From positions 144,378-208,377 of the forward strand of contig NW_003314427.1 in NCBI RefSeq assembly GCF_000143415.4: a DNA stretch of 64,000 nt, given 5' to 3'. The position numbers and the translations under genes were made by a program. Source of the DNA: Selaginella moellendorffii (taxonomy: Eukaryota; Plantae; Lycopodiophyta). The notes under the pieces are model-generated. The model searched no databases. It was not told the origin of the DNA and saw only the letters and a list, made by a program, of their open reading frames with translations. Shown one piece after another: positions 25,301-38,341 of this stretch; position 1 is the stretch's first letter, and every line of letters starts with the position of its first letter.

Positions 25301-28300
25301 GTGTCATGTGTTGGTCCTTTTGGGTCCCTTTTTGGAGCCTTGCCTTTTGCTCGCTTCGTGCTCGTTCCTCGAGCACTTCGTTGGGAGTTCCACTCCCGCT
25401 CTTGACTTTTCAAGTCGGAGCTTTTGGTCCAAACGTGTTACGCTCGTTTGGCTCTCGCTTCGGCCACTACCATGTGGCGCCCTTCCGGCTCCACTTTGGG
25501 GCCTAGGGATTTTGTGTCTCACAACTCCACCACCCATAGATGAAGTTCGATGTCCTCATCGAACGGTAAACCCTTTCATAAAGTAACACCCACATGTGTT
25601 ACCATTTCCATCTTTGGCACCTAGCCAATCTTTGTCTATGGTTTGACATCAAAGGCTCACCATGCCTTGTCCCTCTTGTGCAACTCCACTTCCCATCCTA
25701 GGAAGTTCTCTACTCGAGGGCACCATCATCCTCTCTTCTATTTCGTGCCAAAGTTCCAGTTATCATGCTTTGTGCTAGGGCTGTTCATGGCCGTATCATT
25801 TGGCTACCTTACCGCTCCCTCCCTTGGAGCTTCCACTTTTGCCAACTCGGAGCATTTCGGAATCCCTCCTTGGAAACACACTTCCTTTCCCGCAACTTGT
25901 TAGCGTCCAACACATTAGTGTTCCTCCCCTAACTTTGTCATTTGGATTCCTTCCAAGGGATTCCACAGCCCTATCTTGGCCACTCATCTTTTGCTCCTAT
26001 CCGTTGATTGTTGCACCAAGCAACATCAAATCTCTACCTCCCTCCTTGAGGTATTGTTTCGGTTCCATAGCAAAGACTCTTCTTTGCCAAGTTTGGAGGA
26101 TGTTCACCCCTAGTACGTCTCTTTAGCATCTTCTGCTATGGGCTCTATCCACGGCCCAACTTCGTGACCCTCCCATGGGTCTTTTATAGAGACTACTTTC
26201 CTCGGACTCACTATGCCATCTCACGGACATAGTTTATTTCCCTTAGGTGCTCTTCCCACTTAGTCATCACGACCAAGCCACACCACCTTAAACAGTTCAA
26301 TTTCAACATTTTGAACCAGGAACTTCATTCCTTAGCCAACCAAGGACCTTGTCCTTATCTGGCCATAAGATCACCTAGTGATCTCACCTTGGCATCTTAA
26401 CAGAGTTGTCAAGAGGTACTTGGTCTTCTAGACCTCCAAGTTGTTGACTATAACCCCGGGGGCATCCCCCACACTTGGCGGTGCACCCAAGCCAGCCCTT
26501 ACGGCCAAGGGTTCATAGCAACTGAGATTAGGTGTCCCCATCTCACTCACCACGACCTTGGTGCCACTTGCACCAAAGCGTTCAAGTTAGATATGCTGAG
26601 CTTTCACACTAAACAATATAACCGTGCATCATGACTCCGAGGCATCCCTCGCTTGGCGGTGTGCCCAAACCAGTCTCCCCACTGAGAGTCCATGACCACC
26701 GAAATATGAGTGTCCTCATATTCCAAACCATCACCACGCCCTAGTGATTTGGGACTCGAACCCAAGCACTAGAGGGTCGGGACTCGAACTCAACCTCCGT
26801 ATATGCATCTACGGACGGCATCACACAAGATGCCTGGCATGACTCCCCACGCCGGTGCACCAACTTATTTTTAAAGCGCGCTACAGATCACAGCTTAGGA
26901 ACCTAGTTCCTCCACACTGCCAAGTCCTCTCACTTGACATGTCTGTGATCATGCATGGACTCCTCCATGCTCAGCCCCATGGCCCACCCTTTTTGAAGTT
27001 ATCACCTTCAACTAGGGTATTTGTTCCCCCGACGTGCCAATCTCGCTTGGCAAGTCCTCCGACCACTATAACATGGTTCCTGCATAAGCGTGAAAGTCCT
27101 TGACTATCGACTTTCGTTCAAAGCCCTCTCTTTGAACACTCGGGAACTACTTCCCTAACCTTGATAGCCTTGCCTCATAGCAAGCTTCAAGACCACGCTT
27201 CTGCTGCGCCACTCTGATTTCGCGCGTTCCATGAACCATTTACACTTGGCCTTTCTAGGTACTAAGCTACCTAGAATCGTCTTTGGGAACCTTGAAGGAA
27301 CTCTGTCCCTCAGCTTGCTAAGGCCTCCCTTTTTGCAAGCCTTCCAAATGCCACATAGTCTAACATGGACAATTCCATATTTTAGACTCTCCATGGCATC
27401 ACGGTTGCTAGCGGCAACACCCTCGAGCCCCCACTTGATTCTCCACTCCCAGCTGGCATAACCAACCTTGGTTATGCCCTTTGATTTCTATGGTTCAGTT
27501 CCATCCCAATACTACTTGCCTTTTAGCCCCATATGTTTCCTTTGGTTATTCTCCTCCAGACCAGGAGGATAGCTTTGCACTTTCTATCATGCCTTAGCAA
27601 GTATTCTTAAGGATGAACCTACCCAATAGCCCAGGGAGTGGTTCCTCAATCCAGGTATGCTCACTTTATAATCCCACACACTGGGATTACATTGTTGCTT
27701 ATGGGCCTTTACATGCCCATCACTAACCTTGCCAAAATTCCATTTTTGGCTTTGTCCAACTCGGGTAGACAGTCCTCTCCTGTCTCCGCAACCTTGGATA
27801 GCACCTTCTATCCATCATTCGCTAGGGACTTAATCCCTTGGGCTTTATCCATTGCCCTCGCGACATCAAACACCACCTTCTGGTGTTCTAGAGTGTCCGG
27901 GTGTCCCAATGATGGCTTTCTTGACAATGAGTATTTCCTTTTACGACATTGACTTACTATATCGCAACACAAGCAACTTATCCCCCGTAAGGGTATATCC
28001 AACTTCCCTATGCTATTAAGAAGTTTTGGGTAGCTACCTTCTACCCGTTTAACCAGTTATATTGCACCTCTTGCTTAGTTGCCTCATAGTTGTCAAGTCC
28101 TACAACTCATTGTTTGGTGCTTTCACACCTCCATCATTATCTAGGTCACCACACTCCAACTGCATGCTCTGCAGCTTAGGCTATGCTATTCCCATTTCCA
28201 TTGGGATTCCTTTGACAAGGGGTTCTCATGAACCCACCAACATAGCCTCAAGGTATCACACCTTGGCACATTTGGTGTCTCCACACCATCGGCTCCACGA

Positions 28301-31300
28301 GCCTACCTCTATGACATTTCCCCTTTGTGTCTAAGTCTTTTGCCAAGACCAACACCGCTCTTTCTCATGCCAACCATCCGTTAACACTGCACCATAGAGG
28401 TCACACACAACTTCATGTCAAAGTTTTTTTCTTCTGGGAACACCTTTCCCATAACTTTAGCATGGCATATTTTGCCATCGATGAGATACCCTCTGTTCTC
28501 ATCCTTGGATCTTATGATCCCCCCCCCCCATCCTTTGTGGGGTACAACACACCTCAGTCCAAATGCTTCCATCAGTCCTTTTAGGACCATCCGTTGACTC
28601 TACTTGAGTCATCCAGCAGTTTTGGACTTGGTTAATCCACAGACCCGTAAGGTCCTACTTGTGAGGCACTAGCTCACTGGAATACACTTCTTGCATTCCT
28701 GTCCTACTCAAAAGGACTATTTTCACAAGTGTTACTCCGACACTTGATTTTGTTCTCTGGGGGCAACCTTTGCCCCTTAGGACTACTTGTCCATGTGATG
28801 AGAACACCAACTCATCCACTTAATACACCCCCAACTCCTGGGGTTGTTCCAGCATTTATTAGAGGTAGCCCCGGCTACCTTTTCAAGGACTTGAGTCCTC
28901 TTCCGTATTTGACCTCCCACGGTCATTACTTCTGGTCTCACATTCATGAGCACCAACCTCAACTATATGAGGAAAATCTTGTGACTCCTTTATTGCTTTG
29001 GAGTCTTTATCTTTCCCGTGATCCCAACTGTAGTTGTTTACCACAACTACATTAGCCAGTTTACTAAGTCAAACGCTCATCTGGATCACATCCTCAACTC
29101 TTTGAGGAAAACCATTTACTGTTCCCAAGATCCCAAAGTCGTTCCATTATTGGCCCTTTTCTATCCACCACCTCATCTACTAGTTCACACATGAACTGTA
29201 ATGGAGAGCCATGTCTTCCCGACTTGCTACTCCTCAAGGATAGGCCCACTCCTCGGACCTTCCGATGCCAACACTAGTGGTGATATACTTGAGCACCAAT
29301 AAAAGTCGGACTAAAGAACAGCTCCGATACCAAGTTGTAAGCGACTAAATTTTCCATTCTACTTTAGTCACTTAACCACACCTTTGACCACTTGGAGGAG
29401 TCTCATTCACAACCTCCATAAGTCCAATTCAGGACTTGGGGCTTGCTAGCCCCAGGAATGGCATCCATGCCACTCAACACTGGCACCTGGTCCAAGTGCT
29501 CTACGTGTCCGATCCCATGACCGACACTCAAAGGTACCACCGATATGGCAGCCCGTTACGCTAAGGCCATGCCCAATCACCTTTGCCACACTGTAGTCCA
29601 ATACCACTTGCATCACAGTCTTGGCTCTCCAAGACTGGGCCAACCATCCGTGAGTGGTCATCTCAGATCCACTCCTTAGCATCCTTAGGATGCCCACCGA
29701 CACGGGGAACAGCCTTCCCCAATGTCCCTCTGTCAGTCCCCCCTAAGTCCCTTTCTGCCCCTGGCCGTGTTTGCCAACACTGCCACTGGATCGAGGCCCA
29801 CAGGCCCGACCACTAAGTCCCACGGTCCTCTAGAACTTCCTCACCACACGACTGTGTCCTTGGTCACTACCCCAGAGGACTACTCCTCTTCCTTTCCACA
29901 GTCTGGGCCTTTGGGACAACATTTTGGAACACCGTGGCCTTACGCGAGCCACCTGGGTACTCTCCCCGCCTTCTGCCCTTGGGTGCTCTAGCCATGGGCT
30001 TAGAGCGAGGTTCCATTGAGCCACGCCTGGTATCCAAGTAGGTAGTGCCACCCACACTTGGACTGGGAGCATTGGCCAGTCGATCTCCCGGGGGAACTAG
30101 AGCCGGCTCTTGAACACTTCACCAAGCTACCCCGCTTGTCGGTCCGTGTTCACTCTAGTCTTGGACTTCCCAGTGGGCAGCTCATCACCCAACACTGGGT
30201 CCGGCCTTCCTGGGCCAAACTGGCCTTTCCTGGCCAAACTGGCTCCACTGCAGTCCTCCCCCCTACTATACTTTTGGAGCTCACCAAACCCCCTAGGGTC
30301 TGGGAGACGAACGCTTTGGGCTTTCACCCTCTCAGGCTCCAGACTCGGACTCGGACTCGGACTCGGACTCGGACTCGGACTCGGACTCGGATTCGGACTC
30401 GGACTCGGGCTCGGGCTCGGTCTTGGCCTCGGCCTCGGTCTCGGTCTCGGTCCCGATCTCGGTCTCGGTCTCGGTCTCGGTCCTGGTCTCGGTTCCGGTC
30501 TCGGTCTCGACTTCGGACTCCATCTCGGACTCCATCTCGGACTCCATCTCGGACTCCATCTCGGGTCCATCTTGGGTCCATCTCGGACTCCATCTCGGAC
30601 TCCATCTCGGGTCCATCTCGGACTCCATCTCGGACTCCATTTCGGGTCCATCTCGAGTCCACCTCGAACTCCATCTCGGACTCCATCTCGGACTCCATCT
30701 CGGGTCCATCTCGGACTCCATCTCGGACTCCATTTCGGGTCCATCTGGGGTCCACCTCGGACTCCATCTTGGACTCCATCTCGGGTCCATCTCGGACTCC
30801 ACTTTGGACTCCAACTCGGGTCCATCTCGGGTCCACCTCGGACTTCATCTCGGACTCCATCTCGGACTCCATCTCGGGTCCATCTCGGACTCCATCTCGA
30901 GTCCATCTCGGACACTCCCACGTGTCATGTGTTGGTCCTTTTGGGTCCCTTTTTGGAGCCTTGCCTTTTGCTCGCTTCGTGCTCGTTCCTCGAGCACTTC
31001 GTTGGGAGTTCCACTCCCGCTCTTGACTTTTCAAGTCGGAGCTTTTGGTCCAAACGTGTTACGCTCGTTTGGCTCTCGCTTCGGCCACTACCATGTGGCG
31101 CCCTTCCGGCTCCACTTTGGGGCCTAGGGATTTTGTGTCTCACATCAGCATCTTGAGCCTGAGCATGCTCAACTAACTGCCCAAACTCACTGATCACTTT
31201 ACTCAAATGATGACAAAATCGTGTTTGTAATGTCGTCACATGATGAACACGAAATAAAACATTTGCCACCACATTTGATTTTCCTGGATAATGCTTAATA

Positions 31301-34300
31301 GGAAGCTCCCCAAACTCCATGAGTTTGACCATCCAACAAACTTGCCTAGTGTTCAACTCCTTTTGTGTGAAAAGATACACAAGTGGTTTGTGATCTGTCA
31401 ACACCACAAACACTGCACCATAAAGATAGTGCTGCCACGTCCGCAAAGCATGAACAATAGAGAGTAACTCTTGCTTATATGTGGAATAACGTTGCTCCGC
31501 AAAATTCAAAATTTGACTCTCATATGCAATAAGCTGTCCCTCTTGCATGAGAACTCCTCCCAATGCATAATCACTTGCATCGCATGTTACCTCGTAAGGT
31601 TTTGATGGATTAGCAATGAAAAGCACTAAAGTCTCGCTCAACAATCGTTTCAGAGCCACAAAACTCTCCTCTTGTGGCTTCGTCCACTCGAATGGCACAT
31701 TCTTGCATAACAACTGTGTCAAAGGAATAGCCACCTCTGCAAACTTATGCTAGAAATGTCGGTAGTAACTAGCCAGACCAAGAAAACTACACAACTCAGC
31801 CACTGTATTTGGTGTAGGTTAGATTTCCACCACAGCCACTTTCCTGGGATCCGTCTTGACACCCTTAGATGTCACAATACGGCTTAGATATTCCACCTCC
31901 AACTTTGTAAACTCACATTTGCTCTTCTTCGCATAAAGTTTGTTGTCTCGGAGTAACAAAAGAACTTTGCGCAAATGCATCTTATGCTCCTCCATATTCT
32001 TGCTGAAAACAAGAATATCGTCCAAGAAAATCTCCACAAACTCATGAAGATAATGCCTAAATACCTCCATCATCAACTGAGTAAATGTGGCTGGTGCATT
32101 CGTCAAACCAAACGGCATAATTGTAAGCTCAAAATGTCTGAAGCTTGTGTTAAATGCCATCTTGGAGATAGATGCATCATCCATTACAATATGATGATAT
32201 CCACTCCTCAGATCAATCTTGGTAAACACTCGTGTTTCACCAAGCTTGTCTAGGATATCATCCACACATGGCATCGGCATCTTATCCTTCATTGTCTTCT
32301 TGTTCAAAGCACGGTAGTCAACACACATCCGCATTGAACCATCCTTCTTCTTCACAAGCAAGATTGGAGCACCAAATGAAGATTTACTTGGCTGAATAAA
32401 TTGAAACTCAAGTAACTCCTTGAACTTCTTGTTCCTCCCCATAACTTAACCGAAATGAACGCTAGTAAATTGGCCATGTCCCTGGCTCCAATGTAATCCC
32501 ATGCTCCACACCTCATAATGGAGGCAACCCATGAGGAAATTCGGAAAAACATCAGAAAACTCATCAAGTACATCCCATATTGCTGCTTCTCCCCCACACA
32601 TGCCTTGGTCCCCCAAGTCACGAAGAAATAGCAAGTGACTCAAAAGTGCTTTTCCATTACGACAAGCCCGCTTCAAAGATGTAGCAAAGAGCATAACAAC
32701 TGGTGGTTGAACACCCTCTCCAAAGCACACATCTTTAACACCACCGTACTCCAGCGAGACATGCTTAATACTCCACTTTACCTCTCGATTCACCTTCACT
32801 AACCATGGCATCCCAAGAATGAGATCCACACGATGGATATCCGCGAGATAAAAAGTCTCCACAAGTGTGGTTTTGCTAACCAACACTTCTAGCCCCTTGA
32901 CACAAGCATCGAAATGCTGAGCAGAGGTAGCTGCACCTTCCACTGTGTATAGAAGAACCCCTTCTGTGACTAGGCCATGCTCCGTAACAAATTTTGCCAA
33001 AACAAAGTTGTCATCACTCCCACTATCCAGTAAAATCTGCATTGGATTGCCACGAAACACACCCTTCAGCATTAAAGCTGATTCACGAGTATCCTCGAGC
33101 TCCATCTTGTTCCACACACAGTTGAACTGATGAGCAATGATCGAAAGTCTCTTCCTCTAACCAGAATGGTCGTTCTCAGCATCCTCACGCTGCAAAGTTT
33201 GCAACTTTTTAGTATATAACTTACCGTGAGTAGAAGATTGGCCATTCTTCTTGTCCTGTTGCTTGTTCTTCAACTATAGACAATTAGCTTTGTAGTGTCC
33301 AAGTTTGCCGCATTGATGACAACCTTGTCTATAATTCTTCACAAAGAACTTCTGCTTCTTGGACCCCTTTGCATCCCAAGTAGTCACCACTGACTTCAAC
33401 TTGTGATGCTTTTTCCCATCCTTGTGTCCACGACGATCATCATGACGATTCTCGATAGAAAGACTCCGCAAACGCTTGCGAGACTTGTGCTTGTCATTAT
33501 CAAGTCGATGAGCCACATCAAAGAGCTCCTCTAAACTCTTTGTAGGCTGAGAATGATGCAAGTGTTGCCGCATGCTCTCACTATGAAGGCCATTAATGAA
33601 GTAAGACTTGTTCTGATCTGGATCCTTCGTTGGAACACGACTAATCAAGCGAGTAAGCTTCTTAATATAGTCCCCAAGCGTCATTTTCCCTTGCTGGAAA
33701 TGTCAAAGTTCTATACTAGCATTCTCCACATTGTAATGAAGGGAAAAATGTAAATAAAAAGCAGCCTCAAACTCATCCATGGTAGACACTAGTGGTTTCT
33801 TATCCGCAACATGAGACTCCTCAAGCCAATTCCACCATCGAAGACCTGCATCACGTAAAACCATCGGAATAGCCACTAAAGCCTCTACATCTAGAGTTCC
33901 CTTAACAACCAAAAACTTCTTCACATTGGCTAGCCAAACGAGACACCCGTCCACACCACCATCACCGGAAAAGGTTGGAGTCTTGAGTCTATCTACCAAA
34001 GAAGGCTTACTTGGAGCGCTACCATGTCTAGCCTTGAGTGCTTCAACACGCCCACGCATGGTATCCATCATGCCATGCATCTCATTTTGCATCTCTTGCT
34101 GATTTTGATTAAAGGCTTGCAGTTCATGAACCACATCTTGAATGGTCCAAATCTCTACAGCTTCATCGGCACCATCATCGGCACCACCATCGACAATAGG
34201 ATTCTAGCATTCAGCTTGGTCGGCCATCACAACCAACTCCTCTAATACCAATGTTATGATCCGGTGCAAAGAGACAGAGATCTAGCCACCCTAGACTATA

Positions 34301-34475
34301 TTACGCCACCTCTTGAGGTTCTTCACCACCCAACCACCCCCAAGCTACCTCAAAAGCTCCACTACGCCACTGCTCCACTATGAGCCCTAGAGTAGGTTGC
34401 CCTAACATGCCTTAATATACCCTTGAGCCTCCCTGTGACCAACATTGACCACGTGGTCAAAGCTGGTGCCTAACA
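22372..34475 (-). mobile_element. Ty3/Gypsy LTR retrotransposon (family C) with short LTRs, hosting a nested family-A element
   Basis: LTRs at 22372-22608 and 34252-34475; degenerate TSD AGGAT/GGGAC; PBS TGGTATTAGAGG at 34239-34250(-); PPT at about 22609-22629. gag with CHQCGKLGHYKANC knuckle (33274-34134), protease LLDSG, RT FLDDIL, RNase H (31145-31800), integrase (22870-23690). Stops and frameshifts throughout. Confidence 0.92.
23691..31144 (-). mobile_element. LTR element of family A: 1.8-kb LTRs and a decayed internal region without long ORFs (LARD-like)
   Basis: Near-identical TG...CA LTRs at 23691-25523 and 29336-31144; TSD TCAAC/TCAGC; PBS TGGTATCGGAGC at 29321-29332(-); purine-rich tract next to the left LTR; no long internal ORF. 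Confidence 0.93.
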
Positions 34476-34911
34476 GGGACGTTTGGTGTGTTCTGAATCT
34501 CTTGCAACTAATGCTGGGACAATATACGAGCAACAATACCAGAATGAGTTCTATTGGTATGTTGTTATTTATGTTGTGTTGGCCTAACTAAAATCTTCTG
34601 TTATAGTGCATATTGCACACTTTTTGGATGTTGGTAGACTGTATGGTGTGGCAGGACATGTTGATTTTTATCTTGTAGCTCTCAAATAGGCTTTTGAAAT
34701 TGCTCAGGATGGTATCAAACTTAGGGAATTGAAGGGCTGCTACCATGCACTGATATTGAAGGGAGTGGTGAAGAAGTATATGGTAGTGAACATGGATGCA
34801 AGTGGTGTTGTTTATGAAGATGAGGTAGGATTGGTTCAGGTGATATTTGCAGATGGTTATAAGAGTGCCACAATTTACCCCTCAGGCCATGTTGTAGTCT
34901 TACAAGCTTAA
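34476..34911 (+). pseudogene. Crinkler-like gene, 3' part (PD-(D/E)xK nuclease fold)
   Basis: Continues in frame after the LTR as GRLVCSESLATNAGTIYEQQYQNEFY, then an intron, then DVGRLYGVAGHVDFYL..K*AFEIAQDGIKLRE..VIFADGY. Confidence 0.7.
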
Positions 34912-37748
34912 ATGCTGTTTTATTATTAAATTTTCTGTAATATATAAATAATATCTTTTATATAGTTCAAAAAGTGTTTTTACTATATATTTACAATTTT
35001 AGAAAGATAAAATATATTATGTTTAAATAAACAATAGTCTATATGTGTTGTTTACCTTTTCACTATAGAATATGTTAAACCATCGCAGATATTTGCTAGA
35101 GTCTTGACTTTTAATGTTTAAATTTGTAAAAGTTATAAAAATAATTTAGAGTATATAACTAGATATTTAAAATATTTTTATTACAATATTAAGCATAATC
35201 TAAAACTGGGATTAGATTAATTATTTTAATAATTTTTTATTTGATTAAATTTATGTAGAAATGAAAATTCTTGAACTGTGACAAAGGTTTGCAAAAATTG
35301 CTTTGCCACTATAAAACTGAAAGAAGAAAAGAATGTACTGACTAACTATTATAAATATTGACAACCAAGACCTAGAGATAGAGAGTGGCTAGAATTTTTT
35401 TTTTCTAAGTTGGTTACTCCTCAAAATTTTACAATCCAAAAACTTAAATGATCATATTCAATATATCATTGAAAGGATGAAGAATCTATAGAGGTGTCTT
35501 TTGAAGACTATTATAAAGATATGATACACTAAATATTACAAGCCAATTTTATAAAATCTTGATCTTAAGATCGAAAATCCTTCTCAAACTTATTATAAAG
35601 CTCCTCTATTTTTTATAGTAGTGAGAATATGTCTAGATCACCTAGTATCCTTAACATCTTTGTAGTGGACATTTATAAAATCTTAGAAATCTCTACTATA
35701 ATTTGTAATTTGTTAATATCGGCTAACCTAATATTGTGTATAGCATACAGAAAATGCATATTAGCTTAGCCCAAAAACCCTAACATATATAGAATCAAGT
35801 GGTGATATCAAAATCCTTATACTAATAATAGTATATGACATCATAATTATACATCTAAACTTTATATTATCCCCTCTTTTTGGAAGGATGAAAGGCAGTT
35901 AGGGTCCTTTTATTAATGGGCCAGGATTTAGATGAAGGAAGAGGCATTAGTGGATTTGTAGGTGGTGCAATTTGTTTATGATTCCTTTATATAAAGTGTT
36001 TTAGCAATTGCATAGCAACCTATTGAATATTGTTTATAAACTTGTAATCCAACATGCTATAACACTTGATATAGTCCCTTCCATTGAACAAGAACTCTTT
36101 TAAACAAACCATATAAGATTAAGAAAACAAGCCAAAATCAAATCCTCCACTTTATACTCTATAGATGGAAAATGATAAAAATTATAGTGCTATTGTTGTC
36201 CCATATAGATGTAGCACACGTGGTTTTGACCATTTATCCTATGGTGATTTACCATAGGATAACACCACAAAGCAGAACTTAAACCCTTCATGTGCCACGT
36301 GACAGATGCCATGTGTCACATGCCACGTGTCCAAAGGAATGTGGTGCAGAACCCGAGGTTCAGGGCCTTGGGCTACTAAACGAAGGAACGGTGCCAAACC
36401 CCCAAGCATGGAGCCAAGGAGTGATGGAACCAGACCACGGAGCAACTCCCGATCATACAGCCCAAGGAGCAAAGGAATAGGAGCCTGGAGCGACTTGGAA
36501 CAGTCTTAGAGCAACTAGCATCCCAATGCTAGGACCAGCACGCAAAATGGAGCCAAATAAAGTCTGGCACTATTTCTGCATACCGGTGGCCTAACATGAG
36601 GATATGGGTACTCCACCAGCTAGTATGGAATGGAACTTGGGCTTAGACCCAAGCCAGACGCAGAACAAGGACAAACACGCAAGTGGGAACTAGACTATGC
36701 CTCAAGTTAGTCGGCCATGCCCAACCTACCCACTATCCCTACTATACATTTGGAACCCCCTATAGCCCCCCCCCCCCCCGCTATATTTAAACCCCAATGA
36801 ATCGTCTCTCGAGTCATTCCCTTTGTTTGCTTTCACCCCAAGCCTCCCTTAGTATCAGGAGTTAGTCTCTGGGATAAGCTCGAAACTTACTAAATATGGA
36901 ATGGTGATAGATTGCGAATTTGGATATGGGACGAACACCATTGTGTTCAGGACAATCTCTACATTCCGTAAATATGCCAAATGAGCAAATCTGGACACTT
37001 TCCATAAATAGCATTTGGGACCGAAATGAGACTAACACAAAAGGCATGATAGCGAGGGTGTTTGGCAGACATGGTAAGCTATCATTTAGCGATATTAAGG
37101 GACTAATTTCAATATGTGAGAGTTCTTACCAAGCCAGTGCAAGACAGAGCAAAAGAGAACTAAGAGCCAGGCCGAGTATGCTCAGCTAGAAACACATAGG
37201 AGTTCCTACCTTATGTCCATCTGGCTAAGTACAGATGCTAAGCCCAGTAAACTAACACTTGAACAAGAGGGGCTGATAAAGGGAACTAGCAATACCGACC
37301 TCCTGCCATTGTGGCAGTAAGGAAAGAGTGTCTGTAAGGATTAGCCAATAGGTAACTTTTGATACCCAAAGTCACATTTGCGACACTCTCCCCCTTAGGG
37401 AAGATCGACATCCTCATCAATGCATACTCGAGTTTAGACCACCGCCAAGGAAACAACTCCAAAAAGAAGTTCATAGTGATCACACTATGTGAGAAATGCA
37501 CCGACTTAAATGAGTTAGGAGGCACCCTCTTTGTCTAAGGCGGATGCGCTACCAGCTCAAACACCTTCCAGCCATCGCCGACAAGAAAAAGACCAACAGA
37601 GTCAGCCACCCTTGTTACTCTGAGTATCACCCAACTAACAAAAGTGTGATATGCCCCTACCCGCAAGGACATAGAGAGAGAAGCTAGAGGCCCCAACCCT
37701 CCTGAGCAAAGAAACCAAACCTGTCGGTAAGGTTTAGATAGACTACTG

Positions 37749-38341
37749 TGTAAGCAACCAAAGGGAACGACTTGAGAGATAATCCATGGGGTTCAAATAT
37801 AGAGGGAAAGGGCCCATAAACAAGAGTGCACCCCCTTTTCCAATTGGTTAAGGGTCTTGGGATAGTTGGAGTTAAGCGTTCTTGGGTTTGAATAGTACTG
37901 GGCTGGGTGACCTCCCATGAAGTCCAAACTCAGGAGCTTACATTTGGTATCAGAGGGGTCTCGGGTCCGACTCTATTGGTTGGCTAAGGGAATCATACCA
38001 CATGTTGATTAACATCTGGCTGGTCCAGTTTGCTCCTACTGGGCTCGACCCGAGGGGTAGGGTGTCAAGAGAGCGGGGCTCTCGGGAGAGCTGTAGCTCT
38101 CAGCTTCCGTTCACAAGGGCGTGAACTTGCAGGGAAGCGTGGTGGATTGTAAGCAACTAAAGGGAACGACTTGAGAGATGATCCATAGGGTTCAAATATA
38201 GAGGGAAAGGGCCCATGAACAAAAGTGCACCCCCTTTTCCAATTGGTTAAGGGACTTGGGATAGTTGGAGTTAAGCGTCCTTGGGTTTGAATAGTACTGG
38301 GCTGGGTGACCTCCCATGAAGTCCAAACTCAGGAGCTTACA
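37749..38341 (+). mobile_element. Cassandra-type TRIM with a 5S rRNA-derived segment in each LTR
   Basis: 194-bp LTRs at 37749-37942 and 38148-38341; PBS TGGTATCAGAGG; ~205-bp internal region; perfect TSD TACTG. The LTR core AGTTAAGCGTTCTTGGGTTTGAATAGTACTGGGCTGGGTGACCTCCCATGAAGTCC matches the plant 5S rRNA A-box/IE/C-box region. Confidence 0.92.

Noticed and set aside
24413-25586. Long overlapping ORFs (up to 373 aa) on both strands, repeated at 30058-31156 and 3-305
   Set aside because: They arise from stop-free 6- and 12-bp tandem repeats inside LTRs; the translations are low-complexity and have no domain.
37870-37926. Possible 5S rRNA gene
   Set aside because: Only the internal ~56 bp is 5S-like and it lies inside TRIM LTRs; the 5' and 3' stems of 5S rRNA are absent.
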